Shown piece after piece: positions 1 through 12,549 of a stretch of 64,000 bases of DNA. The notes under the pieces are model-generated. The model ran no database searches, was not told where the DNA came from, and was given only the letters and a program-made list of their open reading frames with translations. Source of the DNA: Phaeosaccion multiseriatum (Eukaryota; Protista; Ochrophyta, other classes); contig OZ218956.1 in the NCBI GenBank assembly GCA_965112735.1, positions 3,224,001 to 3,288,000 on the forward strand, given 5' to 3'. Within the stretch, counting starts at the first letter, position 1, and the number at the start of each line of letters is the position of its first letter. Position numbers and translations under genes: made by a program.

Positions 1-189
1 GAGGGACACATACAGAGACAAGAGAAACAAGAGAGACAGATGGACGGGATGGGGTGATTAGCTGTGGATGGACGCATGGGGCGGGTAGGCCGTACGACGA
101 CATTGCATACCACTTCGTCCCAATCCAAGAGGGTGGCCGGGACGGGACATACATCGATCAACCTTGGGGGTGGGCGTGTCTCACTCGGA

Positions 190-910
190 AGCTCCTCTCT
201 CTCTACTCCATCCCCCCCCCTCTCTCTACTCCATCTCTCCCTCTCGCTCTCTCTACTCCATCTCCCTCCCTCTCTCTCTCCATCCCGCCCTCTCTCTCTA
301 CTACGTCTCCCCTCCTCTCCCTCTCTCTGCCCTTCATCTCTCCAACTCTTTCCTCCATCCCCCACCCTCTCTCTACTCCATCTCTCCCTCTCCCTCTCTC
401 TACTCCGTCTCCCTCCCTCCTCCATCTCCCCCTCTCTCTCCGTCCTGCCCTCTCTCTCTACTACGTCTCCCCTCCTCGCTCTACTCCCTCTCCCTCACTC
501 TGCCCTTCATCTCTCCCTCTCTTCTCCTTCCTCCATCCCCCAGTCTCTCTCTACTACATCTCTACTCCGTCTCCCTCACTCTCTCTCTTCTCCCATCTCC
601 CTCTCTTCTTTCCTCCACGTCTCCCTCCCTCTGTCCTCCATCTCTTCCTCTCCCTCTCTCTCTACTCCATCTCCTTCTCTCTCTCTACACCATCTCCCCC
701 TCTCTCTCCCCGGCCCTTTGCCTCTCTCCCTACTTCTTTCCCCTTCCCCCCTCCCACATTCTCTCCCTCTCCTCTTGTCTCTCTCTACCCCCTCTCGCTC
801 TACTCCCCCCCCCCTCTCGCTCTACTCTCTCTCGTCCTCCCTCTCTCCCTCCCTCCCTCTCTCCACCTCCCTCCCTCTACCTCCCGCCTTATCCCACTCT
901 CTCTCACCTC
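190..910. repeat. CT-rich minisatellite (units like CTCTCTCTACTCCATCTCTCC), intronic
   Basis: Repeated tctctactcc/tctctactac units in a pyrimidine tract; this explains the spurious S/L/P-rich ORFs here. Confidence 0.8.
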
Positions 911-942
911 TATATACTTCTCAATATTCCCTCCGCTCCCAC

Positions 943-2989
943 CGCGTGACCGCGAAGACCTGTATCTCCTACTGGGGTCAACACCATTGCCCACTGTTCC
1001 CATGCCGCCCTCCTCCCTCCTGTGTCCTTCCAATAGGGAGGAAGTGCCTGCAGCCGTGTCGTACACCTCTTCGGCAGCGGAGCCGTTTCGTGCTCCTCCT
1101 TCTCCTCCCCCTGCTGTTCCTACTTCACCCCATGCTGCTGCTGCTGCCGCCGCTGCTGCTGCCGCCTGCTCTTCCAGCTGCTGCTGCTCTAACTTCTTCC
1201 TCCTCTTCTTCTCCTTCTTCTTTCTCCTTCTCTTGTCCAGCTGTTCCTGCTCTAACTTGGCGGTGTACTGGGCCTCTTTCCTCTCTCTCTCCTGCTGCCG
1301 CGACGAGGTGCCGGAGGAGGAGGATGGCACACCAGTCTCTCCTGGGGAGTTCTCGGTTGTGTCGGCCTCGCCTGTCTGTCTCTGACCGCGCCTATTCTTC
1401 AGCAGCGTAGCGCTCTTGGGATCGCTGGCAGCCAGAACCTCGAGACGCTGATTGTGTCGAAGGCGTTGCAACAGAAAGGAAGAGAGAGAGAGATGGTAGA
1501 GAGAGATGGAAGAAGAGGTTAGTTAGTGAGATACCGGAGAGAGAGAAGAAGAGGTGAGAGAGACACTCAGACAGACACAGAGAGGAGAGCCTGCCCACAC
1601 CACTTTCGCGTACGCACAGCCACTACACCGTACCAGCGCTGCTGCCTCTAATCGCCGGACGCCTTCATCCCCCCCCGCTTGCCCCCTGACCAGGAGTGAC
1701 AAGAGACGAGGAAAGCAAGAAGAAAGCAGTTGAGAAGCAGGTGATTAGAGTTGGGCTCAGGCTCCCACCAACCTCCCCCTCTCAGTCAGGAAAGCAGGTG
1801 GGTTGTCTTGGAAGGGAAGGGGGGTGTATTTAAGCGAGCCCATGTTCGGTCAGGCGTACGCTGCCTTTCCCGACGGACGAAGTAGAGACAGAGGGACAGA
1901 GAGAGAGAGAGAGAGAGAGACAAAAGAAGAGAGAGGCCGAGAGAGAGAGAGAGAGAGCGAGGCAGAGAGGCCACGAGAGAGCGAGAAAGGGAACGGGGAG
2001 AGTCTGCACAAGCATGACCAACACGCCGCTACGCTACAACTTGCTCCACTCAGGGGGCCCCTCCCCCCTCTTTGTCATGTGTATGGCACCACGTACTACG
2101 CACCGCTCCAGATCCAAAGTGGCCGCCGCCAGGCCTCGTTGCGCGCTCTCAATCTCCTTCGCCCTCCTGTTACCTTCCGGCAGGATCACGCTCTGAGGAT
2201 GGCAGTGGATGGAGAATATGGAGGAGGAGAGGGAGCGGGGGGGGAGGAGGAGGCGGAGGAGGAGGCGCCAATATGACAGTGAGAGAGAGCTAAGAAGGTG
2301 AGGGGAAGATCCAATCCTAGCACCAGCACTCTCAAGCGGAGCTTATAATCGGCATTGTCGCCATTCGTTCCTATGTGCCTTGCTGCCTTACTCAGTATCC
2401 TCTTACTCCCTCCCTCCCTCTCTCACTCACTCACTCACTCCCTCTCTCACTTACTCTCTCTCACTCCCTCTCTCACTCACTCACTCACTCACTCACTCAC
2501 TCACTCACCCCTTCGTCGTGATTGTCCCACAGCTCCTTCTCCCGGTCCTCGCAGTACGTGTCATCGTCCATAACCTGCGGCCGGGATTGCGGCGGGGGGG
2601 GGGCAAGATACAGAAAGCAAAGCACAAGCATATGCACAACCACAAGCAGATACGGCCAAAGTTACACGGATATACTCGTCAGGGTCAGGAAGGGCACCGG
2701 ACTGAACATTTCGGATGACGACGGATACGACATAACCCGCCCACACCCACCCAACCCACACCCACACAGGCACACACAGGTCTTTCTCCTGCTTGTCGAT
2801 CCCCTCTCCTCGCTGTCCTGTCCCCTCCTGCTCCTTTCTCTCTCCCCCCGAGGACTTTCGCAGGTGGGGGCTGCTTCGTCAGATGGACCTCCTCCCCTTC
2901 CCGCTTACCTCAAACTCCATGTCTTCACCGTCGCTGCCCTCTCTGTCGCCATCTTTTGCCGCCCCCAGGAAGAAGGTACAGCAATTCAT
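943..2989 (-). CDS. Partial multi-exon hypothetical protein (charged/coiled-coil, low complexity); probably continues past window start
   Basis: Exon ~1447-943 is bounded by cag and gtggga and encodes RLEVLAASDPKS...QERERKEAQYTAKLEQEQLDKRRRKKKE. Small GT-AG-bounded exon candidates lie near 2575-2508 (VMDDDTYCEDREKELWDNHDEG) and ~2989-2909. No family recognised; start not located. Confidence 0.45.
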
Positions 2990-3877
2990 CTGGGTCGCGG
3001 GAAGGAGGAAGTAGAAGAGAAAGAGAGAGAGAAGCATAAGGGGGGCAGGGAGAGGGAGAGAGAGGCAGAGAGAGAGAGAGAGAGAGAGAGAAGGGGAGGA
3101 GGCCGGAGAGAGAGAGAGAAGGCGTCACAATGCGGGCAAAGAGCACTGAGTGAGTAAGAGTCTCATCAGGGGGTTTTACACATATAGACGAGTGGGTAGA
3201 GACGCACACCGAGGAGGTAAGCAGCACGACCATCAGAGGTAGAGGGGCGTAGCTCGGAGCTCAACCGTGGGGTAGGGGTATGGACTATCACCAGAACACC
3301 ACAGGGCGCGACCAAGTACTCCTTGAGAGAGGAGGATCGGGGAGAGAGACCTTGCCCAGGTAAGCCACATCTTACCGCTCCGTAGGACCCTTACGCCCTA
3401 GCCTCGTCTCCGGTGACGTCCCCTGGGTGGTGTTGGTCCAAAAGAGAGGCTCTTCCCCACAAAACGTGGCGCCAAACTTGGTTTTGCCTCCTCCAAAGCG
3501 GGAAGCGGCCCAGGTATCGCCCAGCCCAAGAGTGGTGGAGAGAGGGAAAGAGGGAGGTGTTGAAGCTTGACAGGTCTTGTCTCTTAAGGAGATGTTCTCT
3601 CTCTCTATCCTTGAAAAGACCTGAAATCGATCCGGAGGGGAGTGAACGCGGAAACCCGGGGCTTTAAAAAGGCGCCCAGCCTTGGAGCCGGCGTTTGGGC
3701 AGAAGAGAGAGGAGATTAAGGGAGTGAGGAGAAGGATTGAGCCACAACCCTGGAACTGCTAAATGTAGAGACAGGTGCGGCCAACAGCAACGAGCACGAC
3801 GCATCGACGGGGGCAGAAATAGAGGCCAGGAACATATGGGGAATTGATGGTGGGTGTGGGGTGGCCCCACGCTCTCG

Positions 3878-6626
3878 ATGAACTCGACGTCATGGCTTCC
3901 GCGAAGCCCCGAGCACAGTGTTGGTATTGATATCACACTTATTGATACGAAGCCTGACCACCAACAGCGACAGGGGCAGCAGCATCTCCTGTCGAAACTC
4001 TTTTCTACTGAGGGCGGCTTGGGCAACTGCAGCGGCAGCAGCAGCGGCGAGGACGAAATGACGGAGTGCGAAGGCGTGTCGACTCCATCGACGGACACGT
4101 CCACTCGTGCCTCTGGAACCCCCTGCTCCCCAGCCTCCACTTCTGGGGGCACTCCCCCCTCGTCTCAAGGAAGGGGCAGACTTGAGGATTTGCTCCTCTC
4201 CCATGGCAACCAGCAGGAGGCGGCAGTAGCAGCGAGAGCAGAAGCGGCCACAGTGGCAGAAGACGGTGCGGGGTGGGTGGGGGACAGAGGAGGAGCAGAG
4301 GGCATGAGTGGCACTATTGTACCATCGATTCTGAAGAAGGCGGACAAAGAGAAGGAACGACAGGGCGGGAGGGAAGATGGAAGGGGGGGGGGCGCCACCA
4401 TGGTGGCTACTGCGTGCTCGGGAGGGGGATCCGGGTCAGCATCATCATCATCATCTTCTGGCAGCACAGCAGCAGCATCAGCAGCAGCAGTGGGGCGGGG
4501 GGAAGAAAGGACTGCAGGCAGCAGGGTTAGAGGGGGCAGTCCACCACCGCTGCAGCCGACGATACCGGGCATGAGCCGTAGAGTGTCGTTCAAGGAGGAA
4601 GACACGGTCATCGTTCCCGTGCATAAGATGTGCACGCCGGTCTTCCCCCGAGAGGGCACCATGCGCTACCGGTCTGTGGAGTCGAGAGTGCTGAGCGCGG
4701 TGGCACCCCCCAGCACCCTCAGCAGACCCAACTACCACGACGTGTTGCGCAGAGTGGCCATTGTGCTGTATAAGCATGTGGTCACGTGTGATCGGATGTG
4801 GCTGCGAACGAAACAGCGGAGGCAAGCGGCCAAAGAGGCAGCAGAGGCGGCTGCGGCGGCACAAAGGAGCGCGGATGGGAAGGAAGGCAGAAGAGGGAAT
4901 AGGAGGAGGAGACCCACCGCCAGTACGAGTGCCAGTGGCAATGAAGGGGGTAGCAGGGACTGGAAGGAGGGCGGGGGCTGCCGACCGTGGTGGCATTTTC
5001 GATGGGGTGAAGATCACATAGACAGCGGATTTCGGCCCAAGGAAGGCGGGGGGGGGCAACAGCAACCGGCACCAGGCGGTGACACAGAGGCTCTAGGAAG
5101 TGGCTCCGTCACTCTCACCAGTGCAGGCTACTCCGACACTGTGAGCAGTGTTTGCCAATCCGACAGCTCGACCTCCTTGCCAGGATTGTCAAGTGCGGAA
5201 TTAGCCGGGGAAGGGGCAGGGAGAGGGGCGACCGGAGGGGGAGGAGGTGGTGGTGGTGGTGGTGGAGGAGGAGGAGGAGGAGGAGGTGGTGGTGGTGGTG
5301 GTGGAGGAGGAGGAGGAGGAGGAGGAGGAGGAGGAGGAGGAGGAAGAGGAAGAGGAGGAGGAGGTATGGTTGAGGGGGTGGATCTGTACTACGACGAAGC
5401 CAAAGTCAAGCTCTTTGACGAGAAGAAGTTTGTGGAGCCCCGGTACCGGTACACATTCCTCCGAACCGCCACGTTGGGTATGATGATTCCGGGCCCAGCC
5501 TTCACCCTCAAGCCAGTGGAAGCGGAGCCCAGGCCGCCCAACGTGGATGATATTTACGAGTTTTTGCAGACTATTTTCAACCAAGCATGCCTCAGTAGCG
5601 AGTGCTCTCTGGTGAGTCTAATTTATATCGAGCGCCTCATGAAGGAGGCGAATATGCCGCTGCTTGCGACCAATTGGAAGCCCATCGTCCTGTGCGGTGA
5701 GTGAGGGAGGGAGTGAGTGAGTGAGTGAGTTGGACATCTACGATCGATCTGACATGGGATGGGGAGGGATGGACCAACAGCATTATTGTGAATTGGTTGT
5801 GTTCTTCTCCTCCTCCCCTCTCTCTCACTGTACCTTCCTCTCTCTCTCTCTCACTCCCTCTCTCTCTCTCCCTCTCTCCTCTTCCCTTCCTTCCTTCCTT
5901 CCTCCCCACTGAAACAAACATTCACCCGACCCTAAGGTCTGCTCCTGGCCAGTAAGGTGTGGCAAGACCTGAGCAGCTGGAATGTCGAGTTCAACCATGT
6001 CTACCCGGAGTTCTCGCTGGCGGCCATAACGCGCATGGAAAGGCTCTTTCTGCAGCAGATCGGGTGGGACATGTTTGTGAGCAGCAGCCTTTACGCCAAG
6101 TACTATTTCGGTGAGTTGTGTGTGGCGTGTGTATGTGCGTGTACTCTCTCTCTGCCTCTCTCCCTCTCCCTCTGTCTCTCTCTCTCTTTCTCTCTCTGTC
6201 TCTCTCTCTTTCTCTCTCTGTCTGTGGGTGTGGGTGTGTTTTGGGGAGGGTTGGTTCTGACGCGGCGTGCGCTGTTTACTCCCTCTCCCTCTCTGCGAGC
6301 GTGCTCTTAAAAAAGTGAAGCATCCCCTCCTTCTGCGCTCCCTCACGCTACAACCCTGTTCCATGCCTTCGACATTCTATATCTATACTTCGATGCTCCT
6401 ATTCCACTATTATAAATTCCATCCCTTCACATGCAATATCGACACCTTCCACACACCTGTTCCTGCCCCAGCCCTGCGCTCTCTGACGGAGAAGAAGGAT
6501 TTCCGGCGCCGTTACAATTACATCGTTCAGAAGGGAGTTGACGCACCGGGGGCCAGTGTGGTGGCTGAGCGCTCGGAGGCTATGAAGCAGGCGGTGGTCG
6601 CTAAGCTGCTCAGTCAGACTCTCTGA
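3878..6626 (+). CDS. Cyclin-Y-like protein (3 exons: 3878-5696, 5937-6110, 6472-6626)
   Basis: Spliced translation gives IYEFLQTIFNQACLSSECSLVSLIYIERL..NWKPIVLC|GLLLASKVWQDLSSWNVEF..MERLFLQQIGWDMFVSSSLYAKYYF|ALRSL, the cyclin-Y box signature. Both introns are GT-AG and keep frame. The start ATG is inferred. Confidence 0.88.
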
Positions 6627-7412
6627 AGAGAGAGAGGGAGGAGAGGGGGGAAGGGGGAGAGAGAGAGGGAGATAAGAGGGGGGGAGAGAGGCGGCAATTT
6701 TTGTGTCATGCAAGCATGGCAGCAACAAAGGAGGAGGAGGAGGAGGAGGAGGAGGAGGAGGAGGAGGAGGAGGAGGAGAAGGAGGAGGAGGAGGGTGTCC
6801 CCGTGGCGGGAGGAGGGCAAGGGAGGGAGGGATGGGTGGTAGAAAGGGGCGGCTCAGCGGCGTGAGTCCAAGGCGGGGGGGGGCAGAACGGCAGCCTGTC
6901 ATCAGAGGGGAGAGCCAGAATGGATGGCAATGGATGGCAAGATTTGCGCCACTTCACAAGCCGGAGGAGCAGCAGCATGACGTGACGTCAATGGGCGCCG
7001 GGGGGGGGCAGGGAGTTAAAAATACCCCTCCTTGAGAATCCACACGGCAGGGAGGAACCAGGGTGTAGGGGATGACAATTGATGTACTTTTAATTTAGAC
7101 TCAGATACGATACACGGTCATGTAGTGTATAGTGAGGAAGAAGAGGGAACCCTTTTATCCTAAGACTCACACTCGCTTTACCTTAGAAACTATTCTACGA
7201 TGTAATAAATGAGCGTTCTTTCTTTTCCATTCTCACTCTGCCGCACACACACACATACGTACACACTCACCCACCCACACACACATGCACACACACACAT
7301 GCACAAACAACATATGCTCGTCGAATCCGCAGTCGCCAGGGAGGATGGCAGTGGATGCGCTTGGCCCGCCTCGGATCAGCGAGGGGCAAAAGCAAAACAA
7401 GCCGTGTGCGAC

Positions 7413-8249
7413 ATGGGGATTCACAGCGTCATCATCATGAACCAAAGTGGGCATGTTTTGTTCTCTCGCTACTTCGAAGCCGCGGTGGAACCTTCTTACG
7501 GGGCTGCCCACGCAGACACGGCAGCAGCAGAAGCGGCCGCGGCAGTAGAGAAACAGCGGCAACAACGGGCGGCAGAAGATCTGCAACGCCAACAACAACA
7601 GCAGCAGCAGCAGGAGCAGGAGCAGCCCGTCGCTTCGTTGCTGGATCTTGATACTTCTGTGGATCTCACGGTGCAAATGCAAAGCCTCCCCGAGACGGAA
7701 ACACTGGGCGATTTCGCTCTGCACGGAAGAAGGACTGCCGCTGAAGGCCATCACGACGGTGACGGTGCCGAAGCTCTAGCAGCACAGGCAAAGAGAGACG
7801 CGCGGCCAGAAGCGCTGCGGATGCAGGCCTGGGAGGACGAGCTGCGCAGGCTCACATCCTCCATGTGGAGGGGCGTCATGGAGGGAGGGGAGCAAGTGGT
7901 GCATGCACGGGGCGGGGTGTACGTTGTCTTTATGGCTCTCGGGGCAGAGAAGCACGGGAGCAAGGAGAAGAAGCGCATGCTTCTCTTCCTCTCGGGCAAG
8001 GACGAGTGCGATGAGCTGACCCTGAGGGAGGCCATGGGGTCTCTCGCCGAGATTGTTGAGGAGCACTGCAGGGGCTCTGCCAAGGGAGGCAAGGGAGGCG
8101 CAAGAGAGGATGACCTGCTCACAGGGGAGGCGTACGGCAAGGTGTCTCTCGCCGTGGATGAGATGATGGCTGGGGGTATACTCGAGGACATAGGCGTGGA
8201 AACCGTGCTCGACAGCAGCAAGCTCAAAGACCTCCACTTCCCACAGTAG
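7413..8249 (+). CDS. TSPOON: Longin-fold small adaptor subunit, TSET/TPLATE complex TSPOON (LOLITA)-like; intronless
   Basis: MGIHSVIIMNQSGHVLFSRYF...GVYVVFMALG...LLFLSGKDECDELTL...YGKVSLAVDEMMAGGILE matches the sigma/zeta-type longin pattern, including the GKDExDEL motif recalled from plant LOLITA. Confidence 0.75.
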   Translation: MGIHSVIIMNQSGHVLFSRYFEAAVEPSYGAAHADTAAAEAAAAVEKQRQQRAAEDLQRQQQQQQQQEQEQPVASLLDLDTSVDLTVQMQSLPETETLGDFALHGRRTAAEGHHDGDGAEALAAQAKRDARPEALRMQAWEDELRRLTSSMWRGVMEGGEQVVHARGGVYVVFMALGAEKHGSKEKKRMLLFLSGKDECDELTLREAMGSLAEIVEEHCRGSAKGGKGGAREDDLLTGEAYGKVSLAVDEMMAGGILEDIGVETVLDSSKLKDLHFPQ

Positions 8250-9961
8250 GGAGAGAGAGAGAGAGAGAGCAAGATGTGATGATCGAGACGGACGGTGCAC
8301 GAGAGTGACCAAGGGAGCAAGCCCCCCTTCGCCACTGTGGCCTCCTCGGATACCCTAGGAAGCCCCCCCCTGCATCAGCAGGCCTTCCATTTCACCACCC
8401 ACGGTGCCATTGACCTTTGCTGCCTCTCGTGTGGTGGTGGTGGTGTGGGTTTTGGCTCTTCGTGCAAGCTTCCGGAGTGATGGATTGACTGACTTGACCA
8501 TTTCTCTCTGGTGGCGCGTGACTTCCCTTGCGACGTGCCGACTACCAAGTGGCCCAGGCACAGGCGGCGCGCTTCCCCCCACGGGGGCGTTGCATGCGTT
8601 GTGCTGTCGTATCAGAGGCCAAATGTCAAGCGAAACGCCTGCCCGTCATAGTGAAGCATGGAGAACGTACAGGGTCCGGGTCTTTGGATAGGCCATCCGA
8701 GTTGGCAGCAGCTGCCAGGCTGAGGGGGACAGGGAACAGGAAGGCTTAAGACTTGAGTGTGCTGTTGTGTTGTCTCCTCTTGTCTTTTTTCGACGAGCCG
8801 GAGCAGCAGTAGAACGAAGAGGTGGAGGAGCAGCAGTGTGAGGAGGGGGTGGAGGGGACGGGGTGATGCGACCATCCAAAAGAAGAGGTCAGCGGCTCTT
8901 CCGAGGCAGAGGGAGGATCGGAAGAGCGGCCGAGAGAGCAGGCAAAACGCTTCCGAGCAGGAGTAGCAGAAGCACAAGTGAAAGGGGGCCAGGGGGACTC
9001 TCGGCGAATCATGCTCTCACGCATCTGCGGCGCTCTGATCTGCTTGCTTTACGAGTGGCTCTGCGGCTGTCATGTCTATGCTCACGAGCTAAGAGACGTC
9101 TCTCGTGTCCCGCCGCCCGAGGGGGCAAAGCTTGTGGGGGGACGAGGGTAACTCACGGCGTGACTTATCCCCCTTTCTCTATGCCCTTTGTCCCCCCTCT
9201 TGGCTCTTCGTGGGGGGTGGTCCATGAGTGATACATCTTGAGCCATCATTCACGAGCCCTCTTACCGGCTTCAGCTTCACTGGGCAGGCAGGGGCGCGCG
9301 AGGAGCCCGGAGTGAGCATTCGAGGGTGGTGAGCAATCGGATGGCCAGAGGGATGTGTGTTTTTCGGGTGACGAGGATTTGAGAGGGAGCAGCCGGTGCT
9401 TGTGCTTTGCTGCTCATTAATTCGCGATTGCGCATCTGAACGCCTTTGACCTTTTGGTGCATTGCATTGCATTTGACGCAACTAGTGGTGGACTGAGCAA
9501 CGCTTTATGCTTTTTACTGCTGAGAGCGCTTCTGGAGGAGAGGCCGTGTGGGAAGCAGCTCGGAACCATTCATAGCCGAGAGCAATTCGCCATTCTCTTA
9601 CCGATCTGGAATCGTTCATGCTGTAGAGCAAGACCGAGACACCACCGAGCACGAGATACACGAGCACGGAGAGGCGACAGCAGTTGGTGATACAGCAATA
9701 GCAACAGCAGCAGCAGCAGCAGCAGCGGCAGGGGAAATGGTGGACTGAAATATCACATTACGGCTCGTGTGGAAACAGAGCAAGACATTATTCCCTGACT
9801 GGGAGGGGAGCAGAAAGTTGGAACGAATAAACACATCACCGAGTCACTGACGTAGCGATCGGTCCTCGATCATTCCTCACATCCCCACTTCCATGCCACC
9901 CCACGCCTTGTCTACGAACGTGGCTCTGAAGTGTAAAGTCACTACTATTCGTTTTACCGTT

Positions 9962-10306
9962 TCATCCCGCATTGGTGAACATCACACGGCCCTCGTTGTT
10001 GTCCCGCCCCGTGGCGTGGAGTCCGAGCTCTTCACTGAGGTACGCCAGCACCGCAAGGCTTGAGCATGCTGAGCCGTCCACGCTCCCGCGACCTCGCCCG
10101 GTGATGACAGTGATCCGGCCGTTCACTTTCTCCACTTGGCGGGCGTAGCGAAGGGCGGCCTTGTCGGTCCACTCCGAGTGCCCCATTGGAGGTAAATACC
10201 CTTTCCTGTTTTGCCCGTCGTCCAATCCGACACGCCTCTGACTGCGTGCGAGCCACCCGCCAAGCTCCATCATTGCTCGGGCACGTGCATGACATCGATG
10301 GCAGCC
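9962..10306 (-). pseudogene. Frameshifted C-terminal Smr-domain remnant of PPR gene 1
   Basis: After the TAA at 10309-10307, correcting small indels restores ...I(D/Y)LHGHSEWTxKAALRYA...ITVITGRGRGSVDGxSMLKPAVLAYLSEELGL...NNEGRV, the Smr motif order (DLHG...ITGRG...L...NxG). Confidence 0.75.
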
Positions 10307-11884
10307 TTAGGTCGCGTTGGGTTCATTGCCGTACCCTCGCATTTCCTTCAGCAGTGCAAGCACCTTCCCGCGCTCTCCTGCTTGGCCACAAGCAGCAATC
10401 GCAGAGCGGTACGAGATTTCATCCAGTTCAATGCTATTTTCTTGCATTTCCACCAACAAGCAAAGGACTTTCTCGTGCTCCTCTGCATTGCCACAAGCGG
10501 TGATGGCAGAACTGTACGTGATGACATCGGGCTGAAGTCCTTCTTCTCTCATCTCCTTCATCAAGTCCAACGCCTTCTCGTGGTCTCCTCCGCTGCCACA
10601 AGCAGTAATTACCGCGTTGTACGAGATTTCATCGACTTCAAGGCCTTTCTCTCTCATCTCCTTCAACAAGTCAACTGCCTTCTCGTGTTCTCCTGCTCTG
10701 CCACAAGCAGTCATGGCAGAGTTGTACGTGATTGCATTGGGAGAAACGCCTTCTTCTCGCATCTCCTTCAGCAGGTCCAGTGCCTTCTCATGCTGCCCTG
10801 CCTTGGCACAAGCATCAATTGCAGAGCTGTACGAGACGACTGTAGGTGGAAGCCCTTCCCTCCGCATCTCCTTCAACAGGTCCAAAGCCTTCTCGTGCTC
10901 TCCAGCCTTGCCACAAGCAGAAATCGCAGAGCTGTATGTGACAAAACTGGGCGCAATTAGTTCTTCTTCTCGCATCTCCTTCAGCAGGTCAAACACCTTC
11001 TCGTGTTGCCCAGCCCTCCCACAAGCATCAATCGCAGAGTTGTACGAGATTTCATTGGGGTAAAGGCCTCCTTCTCGCATCTCCTTCAACAAACCAAGCG
11101 CCTTCTCGTGCTCTCCTGCCTTGCTACAAGCAGTAATCGCAGAATTATACGTGATTGTATTGGGCTCGATGCCCCTTTCTCTCATCTCCTTTAGCAGGTC
11201 CAACGCCCCCTCGTGCTGCCCAGCCTTGCCAAACGCAGTAATCGCAGAAGTGTACGAGATGACATCGGGCCTTATATCTTCTCTTCGCATCTCCTTCAGC
11301 AAGTCGAGGGCCTGCTCTTGCTGACCTGCCTTGCCACAGGCACTAATCGCAGAATTGTACGTGATGACATCGGGTTGGAACCCGCTTGTCTTCATCTCAT
11401 CGAGCAGGGCTAGCGCACCCTTCCATCGCCCTGCTTTTCCCACCGCAGAAATGGAAACGTTGTACAAAATGGGGGTCATTCTCACCCCTACTGCTCTCGC
11501 CTCCGCAAGTGTTTTCGCAACACCCCTCCAATCACGCTTCACTCCAAGACTCTTGATGTGTTGAGTCAGTCGAATCTGACGGTCTCTCTCCGTGCTATGG
11601 CCACCCTGCAGAGCCCCTTGCCCCTGCCTCCCCCCCTCACTACCCGGCGCCCCAAAAAGGTGGAGAGGGTGAGCCGACGATCGCCGCCCAGCATCCACTA
11701 TGAATGGCCTCTGTCTTCTTGCTCGTCCAGGCGTGTGCGCAGGTGACGAGGGGGAGGAGGCAGCACAGACCCATCTTCCCCACGACCGCGTGAAAGCAGG
11801 AGCAGGAGCACCATATCCACTACCACTGCACAGTCCTCCTCCTGCTGCGGAGACGAAGCCCGCCATGCCGGTGTGCTCCCTCAT
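10307..11884 (-). CDS. P-class pentatricopeptide repeat protein (~11 repeats plus 1 degenerate), intronless, truncated before Smr domain
   Basis: Tandem ~35-aa repeats [ST]Y[NS]SAIxACGKAGxHEKALDLLKEMREEGxxP[DN]; basic/Ser/Ala-rich N-terminus resembles an organelle-targeting sequence. Confidence 0.92.
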   Translation of the reverse strand: MREHTGMAGFVSAAGGGLCSGSGYGAPAPAFTRSWGRWVCAASSPSSPAHTPGRARRQRPFIVDAGRRSSAHPLHLFGAPGSEGGRQGQGALQGGHSTERDRQIRLTQHIKSLGVKRDWRGVAKTLAEARAVGVRMTPILYNVSISAVGKAGRWKGALALLDEMKTSGFQPDVITYNSAISACGKAGQQEQALDLLKEMRREDIRPDVISYTSAITAFGKAGQHEGALDLLKEMRERGIEPNTITYNSAITACSKAGEHEKALGLLKEMREGGLYPNEISYNSAIDACGRAGQHEKVFDLLKEMREEELIAPSFVTYSSAISACGKAGEHEKALDLLKEMRREGLPPTVVSYSSAIDACAKAGQHEKALDLLKEMREEGVSPNAITYNSAMTACGRAGEHEKAVDLLKEMREKGLEVDEISYNAVITACGSGGDHEKALDLMKEMREEGLQPDVITYSSAITACGNAEEHEKVLCLLVEMQENSIELDEISYRSAIAACGQAGERGKVLALLKEMRGYGNEPNAT

Positions 11885-12158
11885 TAAGAGATGGTGAGTG
11901 AGGATATATCGAGAGAGAGAGAGAGAGAGAGAAGAGAGAGGACATTAAGTACCATCTATGATTGTCTAAAAGTAATGTCTCACCGCCCCGGGAAACTTAG
12001 CCCCCGAGGTCGTATTCCTCCGACTCGTCAGTTCTCCCCATCGGCACAAAGTTGATACCAGCCAGGATCCTGTGGCGAATCGATCGTTCGTGTCGGGCCC
12101 GCTGGAGCGCTACGGAGAGGAGGGGCCGGGAGTGAAAATTATTGACTTCAGAAACTGA

Positions 12159-12160
<2 letters not shown>

Positions 12161-12208
<48 letters not shown>

Positions 12209-12338
12209 GTGTGTGTGTGTGTGTGAGTGTTTGTGTGTGTGTGTGTGTGAGTGTGTGAGTGTGTGTGTGTGCGTGTGTGTGTGCGTGTGTGTGTGTGCGT
12301 GTGTGTGTGTGTGTGTGTGTTTTTATTTGTGTGTGTGT
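12161..12338. repeat. (GT)n microsatellite
   Basis: ~180 bp of interrupted GT dinucleotide repeat. Confidence 0.95.
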
Positions 12339-12452
12339 AGCCACATGCAGCTGACGAGGCGGCGAAGCCTGGTCAGGGCGTGGCCATTGGTGGTGGAGGA
12401 GCCGGTGCGGCCCGTGGGGGAGACGACGTGCTCGGCGAGGGCGTGTAGGAGT

Positions 12453-12549
12453 TCAACCCCCGATACACTATCGCCCACATTCTCGATAGCGCGCCGGCTG
12501 GCGCCGGCGATAGCGGATAGCGGATAGCGGATAGTGTATCAGGGGTTGA
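12453..12549. mobile_element. 97-bp MITE-like element with 20-bp TIRs and a 7-bp target-site duplication
   Basis: Left TCAACCCCCGATACACTATC (12453-12472) and right GATAGTGTATCAGGGGTTGA (12530-12549) are 19/20 inverted matches. TAGGAGT is directly repeated at 12446-12452 and 12550-12556. Internal GATAGCG tandem repeats; second copy at ~58177. Confidence 0.8.

Noticed and set aside
54-1410. Long + strand ORFs (443 and 448 aa)
   Set aside because: They are artefacts of a stop-poor CT minisatellite and of the antisense of a minus-strand exon.
10307-10309. Stop-codon readthrough or a variant genetic code joining PPR to Smr
   Set aside because: Several further indels disrupt the tail, so readthrough alone cannot restore it; other genes terminate with standard stops.
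12453-12472. MITE TIR as the source of the TTGGTGATACAG motif
   Set aside because: Only TGATACA is shared, which is too short to support common origin.
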